A stretch of DNA of 64,000 nt from an uncultured Chloroflexia bacterium (GTDB lineage: Bacteria > Chloroflexota > Anaerolineae > CG2-30-64-16): positions 512,001-576,000 of the forward strand of contig CAVZDU010000001.1 of assembly GCA_963774265.1 (NCBI GenBank), written 5' to 3'. This document shows positions 9,349 through 19,909 of the stretch, one piece after another (within the stretch, counting starts at the first letter, position 1; every line of letters starts with the position of its first letter). The notes under the pieces were generated by a model that saw nothing but the letters and a program-made list of their open reading frames with translations, ran no database searches and was not told where the DNA came from. Both the position numbers and the translations under genes were made by a program.

Positions 9349-11142
9349 ATGCACCCAGGCCTCAATCTGCTTCTTTGTTTTCTCCTGGCGCCCCTATTTG
9401 CGCTCGCTCAACTTGCACCACCTGTGATGACGATCCCGCAGATTCAGGGCCCCGGCGCAGCTTCCCCATACGCCGGCCAACGACTGGCGATCCCTTTGCG
9501 CGGCTGCATCACCGGCGTGACGGCCGAGGGTTTTTTCATGCAGGATCCCCTTGGTGATGGCGACGCGCGCACTTCCGATGGCGTCTATGTCTACCGGTAC
9601 AGCAAGTGGGTGAACCCACGCAAGCTGAAGCCGGGCGACTTGGTCGAAATCACCCGTTACGAGGTGCAGGAGTACTACGGCCAGACCGAGATTGCCGGTT
9701 TGAGCGATGACAAGTCGCTGACCTACCGCGTGCTCGGCAGTTGCAAGCTGCCCGCACCGGTGCGCATCGCGGCGCCGGAGGACCCGGGCGAGGACCTGGC
9801 CTTGCGCTATGAGGCGGTCGAAGCGCAGCGGGTGACCCTCGATCTCGATGCCTCCGTTGTCGGTCCAACGCAGCGTTTCGAGTCCCGCCATCCTGCCGGC
9901 GATCCGGAAATCACAGTCGTGGGGAGCGGCAGCCCTTATTACGGTCAGCGCATCTTTGCCGGCCAGTTGCCCATCGATCGTGGGGCCCTGGCGCTATCGG
10001 GCGGCCTGGGGCTTGACCTCCCGCAGGCCGGCACGTTCGATCGGATTGTGGCCAAGGGCCTGACTGGCATCCTTGCCTACCAGTTCGGCCGCTATGTCCT
10101 CCTGGTGGAAGATCCTGGCCTGCTCAGCGTCGCGCGTGTGGACAGGCAACCTGTATCTGTTGCACCGTCCGGGCCTGACGAGTGGACCGTTTGCACCTTC
10201 AACGCCAAGAACCTCTTCGATGCCGTTGACGATGGTGACGGCGACCTGGGAGATTGGACGCCGGCAACTGAGTTCGCGTATCGCAGAGACATTGAGAGCA
10301 CCGCCGCATTGCTCCGCGGCACACTGGGCGGCTGCACGATCATCGCTTTGCAGGAGATTGAGGGGAAAGACGGAGTGTGGACGGACCTGGCGCGCGCTGC
10401 CGGCCCGAACTACCGTTTCGACTACTGGGAGAGCGTGGATGGACGCGACATCACCGTTGGGTTGCTGTACGATAGCACACGGGTGGAACTGTTGCGCAGC
10501 GTGCCAGCGCAAGCATGCGGTGCGGTGGATTATGGGGTCGATGTCAGCATGGCGCGCGGGAACCGCGTGCGGGCTGTCCCGTGTGCGGCGGGGACCTACC
10601 CGTTGTACGACCGTCCACCGCATGTTGCGGATGTGGTCGTCGCAAACGCGGCAGGCGACAGGCATATGGAGGTGCGCCTGGTCGTGGTGCATCTGAAGTC
10701 TAAACGCGGGGACGAGGCGGCGAACCTCGGCCGGCGTGTGCAGCAGGCCGGGCATGTGGCCTCACTCCTTGATGCGGCACATGCCATCGCCCTGGGCGAC
10801 TTCAACGATGATCTCGGATCGCGGCCTGTGGCCCAGCTCGATTCGTTTGTCAACCTCTACCGCAGGCACACCTCACCGGCCGATCGCTACAGCTACATCT
10901 ACAGCGGGCGCGCGCAGGCCGTTGACCATATCATCATCTCACCCGAGTTGGATCGCTATTACGCGGATGGCGGCGCGGTGCACGTCAATGCAGACTTTGG
11001 GGAGCCACTCGCTGGAGCGGCTGGACGCACTTCCGACCACGATCCGGTCGTGGCGCGGTTCCTCTTCCGCCCGACAGGTGTCAGCGATGCCTTGATCGGC
11101 GCAGCTTGCGGCGCTTACAGCCAATCCTTCCGTTTGAAATAG
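9349..11142 (+). CDS. Extracellular endonuclease/exonuclease/phosphatase (ExeM/NucH-like) with OB-fold region
   Basis: Signal peptide; IPQIQG, GFFMQD, TFN..N, LQEIE, GDFND, YSY, DHI and SDHDP motifs. Confidence 0.85.
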   Translation: MHPGLNLLLCFLLAPLFALAQLAPPVMTIPQIQGPGAASPYAGQRLAIPLRGCITGVTAEGFFMQDPLGDGDARTSDGVYVYRYSKWVNPRKLKPGDLVEITRYEVQEYYGQTEIAGLSDDKSLTYRVLGSCKLPAPVRIAAPEDPGEDLALRYEAVEAQRVTLDLDASVVGPTQRFESRHPAGDPEITVVGSGSPYYGQRIFAGQLPIDRGALALSGGLGLDLPQAGTFDRIVAKGLTGILAYQFGRYVLLVEDPGLLSVARVDRQPVSVAPSGPDEWTVCTFNAKNLFDAVDDGDGDLGDWTPATEFAYRRDIESTAALLRGTLGGCTIIALQEIEGKDGVWTDLARAAGPNYRFDYWESVDGRDITVGLLYDSTRVELLRSVPAQACGAVDYGVDVSMARGNRVRAVPCAAGTYPLYDRPPHVADVVVANAAGDRHMEVRLVVVHLKSKRGDEAANLGRRVQQAGHVASLLDAAHAIALGDFNDDLGSRPVAQLDSFVNLYRRHTSPADRYSYIYSGRAQAVDHIIISPELDRYYADGGAVHVNADFGEPLAGAAGRTSDHDPVVARFLFRPTGVSDALIGAACGAYSQSFRLK

Positions 11143-12161
11143 ATGACCAGGCCCGTCGTAACCAGAACGATGAGCGAAAACGCCCACAAGCTGCCTATGC
11201 CCCAGCGCAGTTCGGGCATGTTTTGGAAATTCATGCCGTAGAAGCCCGTGATCAGGCTGCCTGCCATCAGGATGATCGACGCGATGGTCAGCACCTTCAC
11301 GATCTGGTTCAGGTGGTTGGACTGGAGGGAGAGATAAGAATCGAGTGCGCTGGATAATAAATCGCGATAGGTATCGATGCTGTCTGTCACGCGCACGATG
11401 TGATCGTAGATATCCTGCAGGTAAGCCACATCTGCGGGTCGAAAGATCGGCAATTCCCGGCGCAACAATACGTTGAGCACATCGCGTTCTGGCGCCACGA
11501 TCCGGCGCATGGAAAGCAGATCTTTCTTGAGGCGGAAGATACTCTGAATCGACTGTTCGTTGAATTGCTCGAAGATCGTATCTTCCAGCTCCTCGACCCG
11601 GTCCGCCACGCGATCCATGAGTGGGAAATAATCGTCGACAACGGCATCGAGGAACGAATGCACGAGTGCGCCAACGGTGTTGCCTAACGGGCTGTCAGGC
11701 ATCTGCCACCGGGCCAGTGTATCCCGAACGTGTTGAATGTCGCCCCCATGCACCGTGACAAGGTAGTTCTGGCCGACAAACATGTTGATCGCTTCTGTCA
11801 GGACATGATCTTGCGCTGGATCGAAACGCGCTTCGTAGAACACGATGAAATAGTATGCATGTCGTCCTGGGCGGGTGGAGACTCCGTTTTGGGACGTGAG
11901 GTCTTCTTCAGGCCTCAGGGTGTGCTGAAGGACTGTGTGCTCGTAAGCGTCCACCTTCGGCCGCTCATGGGCCCGTGTGGCATCCTCGATGGCCAGGGGA
12001 TGGAACCCGAATTCCTCGCGCAGCAACCGGTTGTCTTCGTCGTTCGGTGACTGAATGTCAAGCCAGGTCACCGTGTCCGGAGCAGCGAGCACATCGCTGA
12101 TCGCAGTCGGTGCGAGGTCGCTCGAGAAGCTGCCGTTTCGGCAAATGATCAGAGTCCGCAT
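11115..12161 (-). CDS. corA: Mg2+/Co2+ transporter CorA
   Basis: FHPLAIED, RPKVD and GFYGMNF signature followed by MPEL; two C-terminal TMs. Confidence 0.92.
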   Translation of the reverse strand: MRTLIICRNGSFSSDLAPTAISDVLAAPDTVTWLDIQSPNDEDNRLLREEFGFHPLAIEDATRAHERPKVDAYEHTVLQHTLRPEEDLTSQNGVSTRPGRHAYYFIVFYEARFDPAQDHVLTEAINMFVGQNYLVTVHGGDIQHVRDTLARWQMPDSPLGNTVGALVHSFLDAVVDDYFPLMDRVADRVEELEDTIFEQFNEQSIQSIFRLKKDLLSMRRIVAPERDVLNVLLRRELPIFRPADVAYLQDIYDHIVRVTDSIDTYRDLLSSALDSYLSLQSNHLNQIVKVLTIASIILMAGSLITGFYGMNFQNMPELRWGIGSLWAFSLIVLVTTGLVIYFKRKDWL

Positions 12162-12225
12162 TGCATCATCACCTCACGGAGTACATCATACTCTTTTCGG
12201 CTCTGTGTGTCACGTCAACTTTTGT

Positions 12226-12254
12226 TTGACCCTGCCCGAGACATAAACTATACT
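12226..12254 (+). promoter_or_regulatory. sigma70-type promoter, very short leader
   Basis: TTGACC-17 nt-TATACT; the ATG follows 10 nt later. Confidence 0.6.
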
Positions 12255-12264
12255 GATTTCTTGC

Positions 12265-13890
12265 ATGATGCACCAACCTGAGCGTTCCCTCGGTGTTCGG
12301 AGTGGCGATCCGACACTCTTGCTGGCATTTCTGCTGCCTGTCTTCGCCTGGGCCCCGCTGACCTACCCTGGCTATTTTGCGTTTCGCAGCGGCTTCGTGC
12401 CTGTATTCAACCTGGCGGATTTTCTGGCCAATTTTGGCGACTGGCGTTGGGCGCCAGGGGTCGGTGTTGGCCATGACTTGTTGCGCGGGGAACGCAGCCT
12501 GCCTTACCTGATGGGAGCGCTGCCCGCCACGCTCGGCGCAACGCCTGCCGACGCGACGAAACTGCTCTTCGGCTTGTGTATTCTTGTGGCGAGCGTAGGA
12601 ATGGTTGGGTGGGCGCGGCGCCGGCTGGGCAGCTGGCCCGCCCTTGTTGCTGCGACAGCTTACATGTGCAGCCCCATTGCCCTTGCGACGATCTATGGCC
12701 GGGGCGCCTTCGGGGAAGCTGTCTTGCTAGGCCTGGCGCCGTGGATCATTTGGTCGGCTGAGGCGTTTCTGTGGGGCAAGCGCCGTGCGGCGATCGGACT
12801 TGTCGCCGGCGTTGCGGCTGCCCTGTGGACGCAGACAGGACTCGCGTTGTGGCTTGTGGCCATCCTGGTGGCTTATATCCTGACCTTCGCATTTCGGGAC
12901 GCTGTCCGCGGATCGCGTAGGGTGCATGCCTCCCTGGCCGTGCTGGTCGGCCTTGTACTGGGCTTATTGGGGCTGCTACCGATCTTTCTCAGCAAGGGAT
13001 TTGGAGGTGGTGCCCCCACTGATTTCCTTGGGCAGTTCATGGGCTTGCACGAGATCCTGGGCATGTCTGAACTCAGCATGGCGCCCGGATTGGGTCTGGG
13101 AGTGGTTGCGATCGGCCTGGCTCTTTTCGCTTTCTTGCTGCCGTCACCTTCTCCGCTACCGCAAGAGCCTCCTGAGGTGCCTATCGATAGCGAACTGAGG
13201 CGAGTTCGCAGTTACGCGCTCGTTGTTGTTATCCTGCTGGTGTTCCTGTCGGTGGGCCTGTCTGCGCCAGTGTGGCGCGTCCTGCCATTCCTTACGAGAA
13301 CGCTGACTTATCCGTGGCAGCTACTGTTGTTGGCTGGTCCCTGGCTCGCCTGGCTGGCCGGGCTGGGTGCGCGGCAACTCGGGGCGCTGCAGCCCAAATC
13401 AGGGCAGGCGGCTGCCGCCGTGTCCCTATTCGCCGGCGTTCTGGCCCTCGTGCTGCTGGAGGCATATACTGATTTGCGCCCCGTAACGACTGCCGAACCG
13501 GTGGGCCGTGCCCCCCTCGCCATCTACGGCGACAACGAGATTGCGCTGCTCAGCGTGGAAACGGAAGGCACTCCCGGGCCGGGGAGACGTGTTGTGCTCG
13601 AAGCGCATTGGCAGGCGCTCCGGCCTCTAGCCGACGACTACACGGTTTTCGTTCATGTGGTGGGGGCGAACGAGCAGCGCTACGCACAGCATGACGGGAT
13701 GCCGCTGGACGGTCAATTGCCGACAACACGTTGGCTGCCGGGCGCTATCCTCACGGACCGCTACGAAGTCGTGCTCTCGCCTGATGCACCCAGTGGCTCC
13801 GATTATCGCTACTGGCTGGGATGGTACTTGGGCCAAACCGGGGAGCGGTTGGCCGTAGGCGAAGATGACAAATACGTGGTCACGCCATAA
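12265..13890 (+). CDS. Polytopic GT-C-like membrane protein (divergent PTPS-related family) with C-terminal extracellular domain
   Basis: About 12 TMs; YGRGAFGE and YPWQ echo YxRxAxxE and QFPWR; C-terminal DYTVFVH...DGMP..W.PG...GWY domain. Confidence 0.65.
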   Translation: MMHQPERSLGVRSGDPTLLLAFLLPVFAWAPLTYPGYFAFRSGFVPVFNLADFLANFGDWRWAPGVGVGHDLLRGERSLPYLMGALPATLGATPADATKLLFGLCILVASVGMVGWARRRLGSWPALVAATAYMCSPIALATIYGRGAFGEAVLLGLAPWIIWSAEAFLWGKRRAAIGLVAGVAAALWTQTGLALWLVAILVAYILTFAFRDAVRGSRRVHASLAVLVGLVLGLLGLLPIFLSKGFGGGAPTDFLGQFMGLHEILGMSELSMAPGLGLGVVAIGLALFAFLLPSPSPLPQEPPEVPIDSELRRVRSYALVVVILLVFLSVGLSAPVWRVLPFLTRTLTYPWQLLLLAGPWLAWLAGLGARQLGALQPKSGQAAAAVSLFAGVLALVLLEAYTDLRPVTTAEPVGRAPLAIYGDNEIALLSVETEGTPGPGRRVVLEAHWQALRPLADDYTVFVHVVGANEQRYAQHDGMPLDGQLPTTRWLPGAILTDRYEVVLSPDAPSGSDYRYWLGWYLGQTGERLAVGEDDKYVVTP

Positions 13891-13905
13891 CACGAAACAG
13901 GTATT

Positions 13906-15849
13906 GTGATTATGCAACCGGGATCGAACATCAGCACTGAGCCGAAGACCGATGCGGCGGAAGAACATCCGGCTGCGCGGCAGGGTTGGCTGACCATTGG
14001 CCTCTTGCTGCTCTTTGGGTTGGCTGCCATCGCGCCCTTGTTGCAGCCCGGTTACTTTTGGGGCGCGCACGACGCGCGCCACGATGTCTACTTCATCTTT
14101 CAGTACGGGCTCTCGTTCAAAGAAGGCATCCTCTGGCCGCGCTGGTCGCCCGACTGGACGTTCGGCTATGGCTACCCCTTCTTCACGATTTACGCGCCGC
14201 TTGCGACGTTCGTCGGCGTACTGTTCAATCAGGTGGTGGGCCTCGGCTATGAAGCAAGCGTGAAAGCTGTGCTTGCGTTGTCCGTGATCGGTTCTGGGTT
14301 GGCGATGTACGGGTTTGTCCGTTCCTTCCTTGGACGGCGCGTGGGGCTCGTGGCGGCAGTGGCTTACATGGTGGTTCCGTATCACCTGGTAAATGTGTAC
14401 GTGCGCGCGGCGATGGCCGAATCTTTTGCTCTGGCGTTGTTGCCGCTGGCGCTCTGGGCCTTTCGGGAGGCTGTTTGCCATCCTCGATTGCGGTCAGTTA
14501 TAGCCGCGGCACTCGCGCTCGCCGCGCTCATGTGGACCAGTAATCTTGTCGCCCTCGTGTTCACGCCGGCTCTGGCAGCTTACGTCGTTGCTCTCATCTT
14601 GCTTGAGGCACGCCGCCGGCGGGTGTTGGGTGGGACTGCCGGCAGTCCCTTGCGAGCCCTGTGGACGAGCGAGACCCTGCGCTCGGTCATGGCCCCCGGA
14701 TTGGCCTTGGTGTTTGGTCTTGGCCTCAGTGCGGCCTTCTTTGTCCCGGCATTGATCGAGCAAGGCTTCATCAACAAGACCCAGTGGTTCGGAGAGTATT
14801 ACAATCCGGAACAGCATTTCGTTTACTTCAATCAGTTGTTCGATCCTTCTTGGGGGTTCGGGATCAGCCAGCCGGGACCGGATGACGCGGCGCAAGGCAG
14901 CCTGAGTTATCAACTGGGCGCGGCCGCCACGCTCTTCACACTCATCAGCCTGGCGCTCAGTGGTCGCTTCAAACCGCGCTTGCGCGGCGAGCTGCGCTTC
15001 TGGGGCGTTTGGCTGTTGGTGAGCGTCTTCCTGACCTTGCCGGCTTCAGTGTTGCTATGGCGGACCATACCCATCGTCGGTTACGCCCAGTTCCCCTGGC
15101 GGTATCTGATGCTGGCGATCCTTCCGTTGAGCATTCTTCCCGCCGCACTCGTGGAGCTTGGTTCTACGGTGTCTGAAGATATCGGAGTTGCCTCACCGGG
15201 TGCTTACGGCCCTTGGCCCGCAGTCCTGCTGAGTGCACTGCTGCTTCTATCGAGTTACCCTTATCTGAAGGTCGAGATTCGTGAGCCAACGCCCGAACAG
15301 GGTCCCGTGTCCATGGCCGCGCTCATGCGTTTCCAGCGCACCAGCGATGAGATGACCGGGGTCACCGCATGGGTTGATTCCGTTCGCCGGCCGATGTGGT
15401 CGGATATGGCGGAACTGTGGGTGCATGGGAAGGAAGTGACCACGCGCGTCGACTATTCCCGTGTGCCGCAGAATGAAACGCTCGCAGTGAACTCCGAAGA
15501 CGTTGGCACGGCGCACGAGCAGATTTTCTTCTACGCCAAAAATCCGGGTCAGGCTATTACATTCAACCGTTTTTGGTATCCGGGCTGGACCGCGTGGCTG
15601 CTCGACGGCAAGAACGGCCGCCCCGTCGGTAAGTTGGACCTGCAGCGCGAGGACGGTCCCCTGGCGCGAATCGTAGTCCCAATTCCTGCAGGCGAGGGCT
15701 ACATCCTGTTGCGGTTCGAGGACACGCCGTTGCGAGCGGCGGCCAAATGGGCCACTTACGGTACGTTTTTTGTCTTGTTGCTGACCGTTGGCGTGACGTT
15801 CCTTCGGCGACGGTCAGCCGCGGAGCATGAGCAAGCGAGGCTTCAATGA
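13906..15849 (+). CDS. 6-pyruvoyl-tetrahydropterin-synthase-related membrane protein (GT-C-type glycosyltransferase-like)
   Basis: HDARH, PRW.PD..FGYGYPFF..YAPL, PYH..YVRAA.AE, QFPWRY and YPGW motifs. Confidence 0.8.
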   Translation: MIMQPGSNISTEPKTDAAEEHPAARQGWLTIGLLLLFGLAAIAPLLQPGYFWGAHDARHDVYFIFQYGLSFKEGILWPRWSPDWTFGYGYPFFTIYAPLATFVGVLFNQVVGLGYEASVKAVLALSVIGSGLAMYGFVRSFLGRRVGLVAAVAYMVVPYHLVNVYVRAAMAESFALALLPLALWAFREAVCHPRLRSVIAAALALAALMWTSNLVALVFTPALAAYVVALILLEARRRRVLGGTAGSPLRALWTSETLRSVMAPGLALVFGLGLSAAFFVPALIEQGFINKTQWFGEYYNPEQHFVYFNQLFDPSWGFGISQPGPDDAAQGSLSYQLGAAATLFTLISLALSGRFKPRLRGELRFWGVWLLVSVFLTLPASVLLWRTIPIVGYAQFPWRYLMLAILPLSILPAALVELGSTVSEDIGVASPGAYGPWPAVLLSALLLLSSYPYLKVEIREPTPEQGPVSMAALMRFQRTSDEMTGVTAWVDSVRRPMWSDMAELWVHGKEVTTRVDYSRVPQNETLAVNSEDVGTAHEQIFFYAKNPGQAITFNRFWYPGWTAWLLDGKNGRPVGKLDLQREDGPLARIVVPIPAGEGYILLRFEDTPLRAAAKWATYGTFFVLLLTVGVTFLRRRSAAEHEQARLQ

Positions 15850-16815
15850 TACGAACAGAAGGTCTAACCAAGCATTTCCGGAGCGACGGCCGCGAAATTC
15901 ACGCCGTCGATGGCCTGGACCTGCAAGTGAGCGAGGGCGAGGTGTTCGGCTTTCTTGGCCCCAACGGTGCGGGCAAGACGACCACGGTGCGCCTGCTCAC
16001 CGGTCTGATCGGACCCACGAGTGGGCGCGCCTGGGTGAACGGCCTCGAGTTGGGCCGGGACGACGAAAAGATCCGGGCCAGCGTGGGCATCCTGACGGAG
16101 TCTCCCGGGCTGTATGAGCGCCTGAGCGCCAGATACAATCTCGAGATCTTCGCTGAGTTGTATGGCTGCCGAGATACGCAGGGGCAGGTTCAGAAGTACC
16201 TGCGCCTGCTAGACCTGTGGGATCGGCGCGACACAGAAGCCGGCACTTTTTCCAAAGGCATGAAGCAGAAACTGGCAATCGCACGGGCACTGCTCCATGA
16301 GCCGCCTGTCGTCTTTCTTGATGAACCGACCTGCGGCGCTGGATCCTGAGGCCGCCAAAACGGTGCGCGACTTCATCGAGACGCTCCGCGGCCAGGGTCG
16401 AACGATCTTCCTATGCACGCACAACCTGGACGAGGCCGAGCGGCTGTGCGACCGCATTGGGGTGTTCAAGCAACGACTGATTGCAGTCGACGCGCCGGAC
16501 ACCTTGCGCCGCCAGTTGTTCGGCCGGCAAACGGTCATCCACCTGGCGCCGGGCAGCCCGCTGGACCAGTTGGCCCTTGTCGTGGGCGGCTTAGCCGGCG
16601 TGAAGCACGTGCAGCCGATGGCGCCTGATAACAGCGGCTCAGCGCAATTGGTCATCAGTCTCAGTGATCCGGCGAGTCAGAACCCGGCAATCGTGCGAGC
16701 ATTGATCGAGCACGGCGCAGACGTTCAGTTTGTCAACGAGCTCAAGCATTCCTTGGAGGATGTCTACTTGAGCCTGATTCACGATGGTGCAGGGAATCAG
16801 GGAGGTGCGCGATGA
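15846..16815 (+). CDS. ABC-2 type exporter ATP-binding subunit (frameshift near 16332)
   Basis: GPNGAGKT, FSKGMKQK and FLDEPT. Removing one G from ACCTGCGGCGCTG restores DEPTSALDPE and joins it to the frame carrying CTHNLDEA. Confidence 0.88.
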
Positions 16816-17603
16816 ACGCTGTGATGACGGTCATCAAGAAGGAATGGGCAGAGGTCCGCAAAAACAAGCTCGTGCTATCAGTGGTATTGTTCGTGCCGTT
16901 GCTGATGACGATCATTCCGTTGGTCATGCTGGCACTGATGGGGCGAATTGGGGTCAGCCAGAGCGATTACGACGAGCTGGGCCGGATGTTGAATAATCCG
17001 ATCTTTGCGGAGCTCACCCCGGTGGAGGCTATGCAGTCGGTAATGGCTTCGAACTTCCTGGTGCTTTTTCTGATGATGCCGCTCATGGTGCCCGTCACCA
17101 TCGCGGCTTACAGCATCGTGGGAGAGAAGGTGACCCGCTCGCTGGAGCCGCTGCTAGCCACGCCGATCAGCACCACCAAACTGCTGCTCGCCAAAGGGCT
17201 AGCCGCTGCACTGCCCGGCATCATTACCGCCTGGGTCAGCTACGGGCTGTTCCTGATAGGAGCGCGTATCTTCGCGGTCAGTGACAGGGTGTTCAATATC
17301 TTCATTAACCCGATGTGGCTGGTCGCCATGCTGGTCCTTGCACCCTTGCTGACCATTATGGCCGTGAACGTGGGCATCATCGTCAGCAGTCGAACGTCGG
17401 ACCCGTGCGCCGCGGAGCAACTGGGGAGCCTGATCATTTTGCCGTTGATGATCCTTTTCATCGGTCCGATGGTCGGGTTCATCCAACTTAGCAGCACGAC
17501 CTTCTGGATCAGTGCGTTGATTGCTTTGCTCGCCGATGTAGTCCTGGTTTACCTGGGCGTCAAGCTCTTCCAGCGGGAAACCATCCTGACGCGCTGGAAG
17601 TGA
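16812..17603 (+). CDS. ABC-2 type exporter permease
   Basis: Six TMs, GEK..RSLEPLLATP motif; ATGA overlap with the ATPase gene. Confidence 0.85.
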   Translation: MNAVMTVIKKEWAEVRKNKLVLSVVLFVPLLMTIIPLVMLALMGRIGVSQSDYDELGRMLNNPIFAELTPVEAMQSVMASNFLVLFLMMPLMVPVTIAAYSIVGEKVTRSLEPLLATPISTTKLLLAKGLAAALPGIITAWVSYGLFLIGARIFAVSDRVFNIFINPMWLVAMLVLAPLLTIMAVNVGIIVSSRTSDPCAAEQLGSLIILPLMILFIGPMVGFIQLSSTTFWISALIALLADVVLVYLGVKLFQRETILTRWK

Positions 17604-17696
17604 TGCCAGGCTACGGACAAAAGTACACGGGGAACTTATCCTCGAGTTTCCTCGTATTGTTGCTGCGTTCTTTTTTCATTGGGAGGAGGCGGCCTC

Positions 17697-19835
17697 ATGA
17701 GCCGTAGCCGTCGGATTTATCTCTATAGCGTGGCTTTGTTTGGGCTGGTGGCCTCGCTGGTCGGTCTTATCTCATTTTTGTGGCGCGTCGGAAGCACGCG
17801 TGTGGCTGCGCTGTTAGCCCTGGAGCCGCCGGAAGGGCTGCTCGGCACGTCCGCATTGCCGTGGCTGCTCCTGTTCCTGCTTGCGCTCGCCACGTGGATT
17901 TTTCACATCGTCATGGCGAACCAGGCCGCACGGCCGCTCACCATGGCTGCGGCCGCCGAGCGCGCGTCGCCGGAGCGCAAGGGCTATTTGTATCTGGGGC
18001 GACTGGCGGCCGTGGCCGCCCTGGTTGTGCAACTCTGGCTGCTGATCCGCGCAGTGGTGAGTGCGTTTCTCGATAGCGGCGTGGAAGGGTTGCGCACAGA
18101 GGCTGCGTGGTCAACCGCTTTGGTGGCTGGCGTGGCGGTCGCCTTGGCCTACTGGTTAGTCTTGCGCTACGAGGCCCGTCGTGATGGGGACCTCGGACAA
18201 GAGCGGGTTGGCGCCGTGCTCTGGCGGCGCGCCTACACTTACCTGGCCGCCCTGGCCGGCGCCGCGTTGGCGTTTGGCGGCGGCGGCGAGCTTCTGCGAG
18301 TGGGCATCCGCCTCCTTTTGACCCCCCTCAGCGGTGATGTGTCGTGGCACGCGACCGCCGCAGGCGCGTTGGCAGCACTGGTCCTCGGACTGCCGCTTTC
18401 CAGCCTGGCTTGGGCCGCGGCGAATCGGGCCGCAAGAGCGAATCCTGCTGCCGAGACGAATGCGCTCAGCCGCGTCTTGCTACGCCACACCGGGGTGCTG
18501 GTGGCCACTCTCATAACGTTGGTCGCGTTCGGTTATCTGATAGAGCAGGTCATCTTGCGCGCCATCAGCCGGCCTGAGGGCGCAGCCGGTCGGCCATTGT
18601 TCGGGATCTTTGACTGGCCTTGGGCGCTGGCATATCTGCCGGTCGCTGCAGTGATGTGGATCAACTCCGCTGCCGGAGCACGCTCCGATGCAGCACGGGC
18701 AGGGGAGCGGCCGCGGACCGCGACGATCCGCCGGACGGTCCGTTACCTCCTGTCAGCTGCGTCGCTGGTTGCGTTTTGGTATGGCCTGACACAATTTGCC
18801 CGCCTCATCTTGCAGGTATTTTTGGGTGCTGACGCAAGCAGCGCGACTGCGGCGCAGTGGGTGCAGAGCTTCGCAACCTCCGCGGCGTTCCTGCTCGTGG
18901 GTGCACCGTCCTGGTGGGGACACTGGTGGTCGCAACAGACTCGCGCTCGTGCCGCCGGCGTCCAGGGTTATCATGAGCGAGCGTCGGCTGTGCGCCGCGT
19001 TTATCTGGTGGCGGTCGTGGCCATGGGTGCGATGGTGGTTGTCGCTGCAGCGGGTTTTGGCGTGTTCATGGCATTGAACTGGCAGTCTGCGGGCGCGCTT
19101 GGAGGCGTTCGTGCGGCAGTTGCCGGGGCAAGCGCCGCCGCGCTGGTCGCTCTCTTCTGGACGTTGGTTCAAGGTTTCACTCTGCGCGGGGATATGCGAT
19201 GGCTGGCGCGGGAACGTGCCGCGATAGCGCCTGGCCCATTGGCTGCGCCGGCGACGGCCGCATCCGCCACCACCACGGAGCTCGCTACTGGTTTCCAGGC
19301 GGCGACGGTCATCGCTCCGGTGACGGCATCGGCCGTTGCGACTGAGATTCGACAATATCGTCGAGAGGAGCTTGCACCCATGGCCGCCGAAGCTGGTCTT
19401 TCGATTGAGTCGGAATGGCGTCCCACAAATGCACTGGCAGTCATCGATGGCGTCGATGGCGCGCTTGGCGCGGCGCTCCTCGCAGCCTTGCGTGCGGCCT
19501 TCCCCGATGTCGTGCTGTGGCCCGTGGGGCTGAACGCGGCCGCCCAGGTGGCCATGCTGGATAGCCTGGGTGATGAGCCACCAGCTGTACCTGGTGATGC
19601 GCTGGCACGGGCCGCCGGCATCCTTGCGCCGTCCGATGTGATGCTCCCCGGTGCATTGGAAGGTGAGGTAACGCTAGAACTGATCGAGGCGCTCTCGGCC
19701 AGCTCCGCCAGGATCGTGTTGCTGCCTCCCCGGGATGAGCGACTGCGTTGGGTGGCCGCACCGAGTTGGCCGTTTGAGAAATGGGTGGAAAACGCAGTAA
19801 TCGAGGCAGGCAACATCCTGAATACAGCATCGTAG
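17697..19835 (+). CDS. DUF5671-type polytopic membrane protein with C-terminal soluble domain
   Basis: Repeated RRxYxY-TM units (RRIYLY, RRAYTY, RRTVRY, RRVYL); GGAGG RBS before ATG 17697. Confidence 0.7.
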   Translation: MSRSRRIYLYSVALFGLVASLVGLISFLWRVGSTRVAALLALEPPEGLLGTSALPWLLLFLLALATWIFHIVMANQAARPLTMAAAAERASPERKGYLYLGRLAAVAALVVQLWLLIRAVVSAFLDSGVEGLRTEAAWSTALVAGVAVALAYWLVLRYEARRDGDLGQERVGAVLWRRAYTYLAALAGAALAFGGGGELLRVGIRLLLTPLSGDVSWHATAAGALAALVLGLPLSSLAWAAANRAARANPAAETNALSRVLLRHTGVLVATLITLVAFGYLIEQVILRAISRPEGAAGRPLFGIFDWPWALAYLPVAAVMWINSAAGARSDAARAGERPRTATIRRTVRYLLSAASLVAFWYGLTQFARLILQVFLGADASSATAAQWVQSFATSAAFLLVGAPSWWGHWWSQQTRARAAGVQGYHERASAVRRVYLVAVVAMGAMVVVAAAGFGVFMALNWQSAGALGGVRAAVAGASAAALVALFWTLVQGFTLRGDMRWLARERAAIAPGPLAAPATAASATTTELATGFQAATVIAPVTASAVATEIRQYRREELAPMAAEAGLSIESEWRPTNALAVIDGVDGALGAALLAALRAAFPDVVLWPVGLNAAAQVAMLDSLGDEPPAVPGDALARAAGILAPSDVMLPGALEGEVTLELIEALSASSARIVLLPPRDERLRWVAAPSWPFEKWVENAVIEAGNILNTAS

Positions 19836-19837
19836 TG

Positions 19838-19880
19838 ACCGACTTTGATCATCTTTGTTTGCGAGACGATCAAAGTCGGT
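19838..19880. terminator. Long hairpin between convergent genes
   Basis: ACCGACTTTGATC / GATCAAAGTCGGT, perfect 13-bp inverted repeat. Confidence 0.65.
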
Positions 19881-19909
19881 GGTTGCGGCTAACGTAAGTT
19901 ATGCCGGTG

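Noticed and set aside
16320-16350. Programmed ribosomal frameshifting at the split genes
   Set aside because: No slippery heptamers or homopolymer runs; the breaks fall inside conserved domains of ordinary genes.
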